In this document: piece by piece, positions 62,497-64,000 of the stretch
How positions within the stretch are numbered: the stretch's first letter is position 1
Layout: each line of letters begins with the position of its first letter
From: Octopus sinensis
Taxonomy: Eukaryota
Reading direction: 5' to 3'
Assembly: GCF_006345805.1 (NCBI RefSeq)
Contig: NC_043016.1
Location: 14,446,001-14,510,000 of the forward strand
Length of the DNA: 64,000 bases
Position numbers and translations under genes: made by a program
Notes under the pieces: model-generated
What the model was told of the DNA's origin: nothing
The model's input: the letters and a program-made list of their open reading frames with translations, nothing else
Databases searched by the model: none

Positions 62497-64000
62497 ATCA
62501 TCATCATCATCATCATCATCGTTTAATGTCCGCTTTCCATGCTGGCATGGGTTGGATGGTTTGACTGAGGATTGGCGAGCCAGAAGGCTGCACCAGGCTC
62601 CAATCTATCTGGCAAAGTTTCTACAGCTGGATGCCCTTCCTAATTCCAACCACTCTGAGAGTGTAGTGGGTGCTTTTACATTCCACTGGCACGAGGGCAA
62701 GTCTGGCGGTTCTGGCAACGACTATACTCAAAAGGTGTTTTGTATGTGCTACCTGCATGGGAGCCAGTCTGGCGGCACTGGCAACGACCACACTTGAATG
62801 TTGTTTTACACATGCCACCGGCACATGTGCCAGTAAGGCGACGCTGGCAATGATCATGCTTGAATGGTGCTTTTCACGAGTCACCAGCATGGGAGCCAAT
62901 CCATGGCCCTGGCAACAATCACGCATGGATGTGCTTTTAACATTCCACTGGCATAAGTGCCAATCAGGCAGTACTGTCATTGGCCACGTCAGCGATTTTG
63001 ATTTCACTTGCCTCAGTAGGTCTTCACAAGCAAAGTTTATTGTCCAGTGAATGAGGGGTACTCATAAATGTGCTGGTTACAACCCATGCTCAGATGTGCT
63101 TTTAATGTTCCATTGGCACAGGTGCCAATCAGGTGGTACTGTCACTGGCCACGTCAGCAATTTTGATTTTGATTTTGAATTTGATTTCACTTGCCTCATT
63201 AGGTCTTTGCAAGCAAAATTTATTGTCCAATAAAGGAGGGGTCTTCATAAGTGGGCTGGTTACACCCACTGGTATAGGCCATGGGCTATGGTCTCACTTG
63301 GCTTGTTGGTTCTTTTCAAGCACAGTATATCTCCGTAGGTCTCGATCACTAGTCATTGCCTTGGTAAGGCCCAATGTTCAAAGGTGGTGCTTCACCACCT
63401 CATCCCAGCTCTTCCTGGGCCTATTTCTTCCTCAGGTTCCCGCAACTGATAGGATGCGACACTTTTTCAAACAGCTGTCCTCCTTCATTCGTAACACATG
63501 ACCATACCAGCACAGTTGTCTCTCTTGCACACCACATCTGATGCTTCTCAGGTCCAATTTTTCTCTCGGGGCAATTACACTCTGTCGAGTATGCACACTG
63601 ACACTACACATCCATCGGATCATACTGGCTTCATTCCTTGCAAGCTTACGCATGTCCTCAGCAATCATGGCCCATGTTTCACTGCCATGTATCATGGCTG
63701 TTCGTACACATGCATCATACAGTCTGAGCGAGAGGCCTTTTGTCACAAGCAGAGGTAGGAGCTCTCTGAACTTTGCCCAGCCTATTCTTATTCTAGCTGC
63801 TACACTTTCAGAGCATCCACCCCTGCTACTGACTAGGTCCCCTGGGTAATGGAAGCTATCAACTACTTCCAGTTTTTCTCCTTGGAATGTGACGGAAGCT
63901 GTTCTCTGCACATCTTCAGTGTTTATTGCTCCTGAGCATCTGCCACACACAAAACCTATCTTCTCAGTTTGCCTTCCTTTGATATTGCTGCACCTCTTAT
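62497..64000 (-). mobile_element. RTE LINE 3' part running off window end
   Basis: ORF 63432-63950 is closely similar to the RT C-terminus at 46950-47480; 3'UTR repeats and (CAT)n tail on the + strand at ~62500. Confidence 0.92.

Overview
AT-rich, intron-rich animal genomic DNA. The SINE/LINE repertoire looks like a coleoid cephalopod, most likely Octopus; this is recognition, not a database result. Two host genes lie on the + strand. The first is the last 18 coding exons of CLUH/clueless (546-23511, all GT-AG, phases consistent, CLU-central and TPR regions). The second is the first two coding exons of PGAM5 (43227-43402 and 61392-61564, WDxNWD and RHG motifs), separated by an 18-kb intron. 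Between them are an intronless, disabled copy of the 5' end of SPAG17 next to a decayed Gypsy pol, and two mariner elements (one full length). The introns hold tRNA-derived SINEs, RTE LINE pieces, a Tigger element, a Penelope-like (GIY-YIG) relic and MITEs; a small Helitron lies between the genes. The most unusual signal is eight minimal type-I hammerhead-ribozyme-like motifs from six unrelated sequence families. Their 3-8 core pair covaries (C-G, G-C, U-A), and several sit in head-to-head inverted dimers around a small central palindrome. One family carries a tRNA-derived Pol III head, suggesting a Penelope-dependent SINE/retrozyme system. All calls were made by eye, and transposon boundaries are approximate unless terminal repeats are cited.
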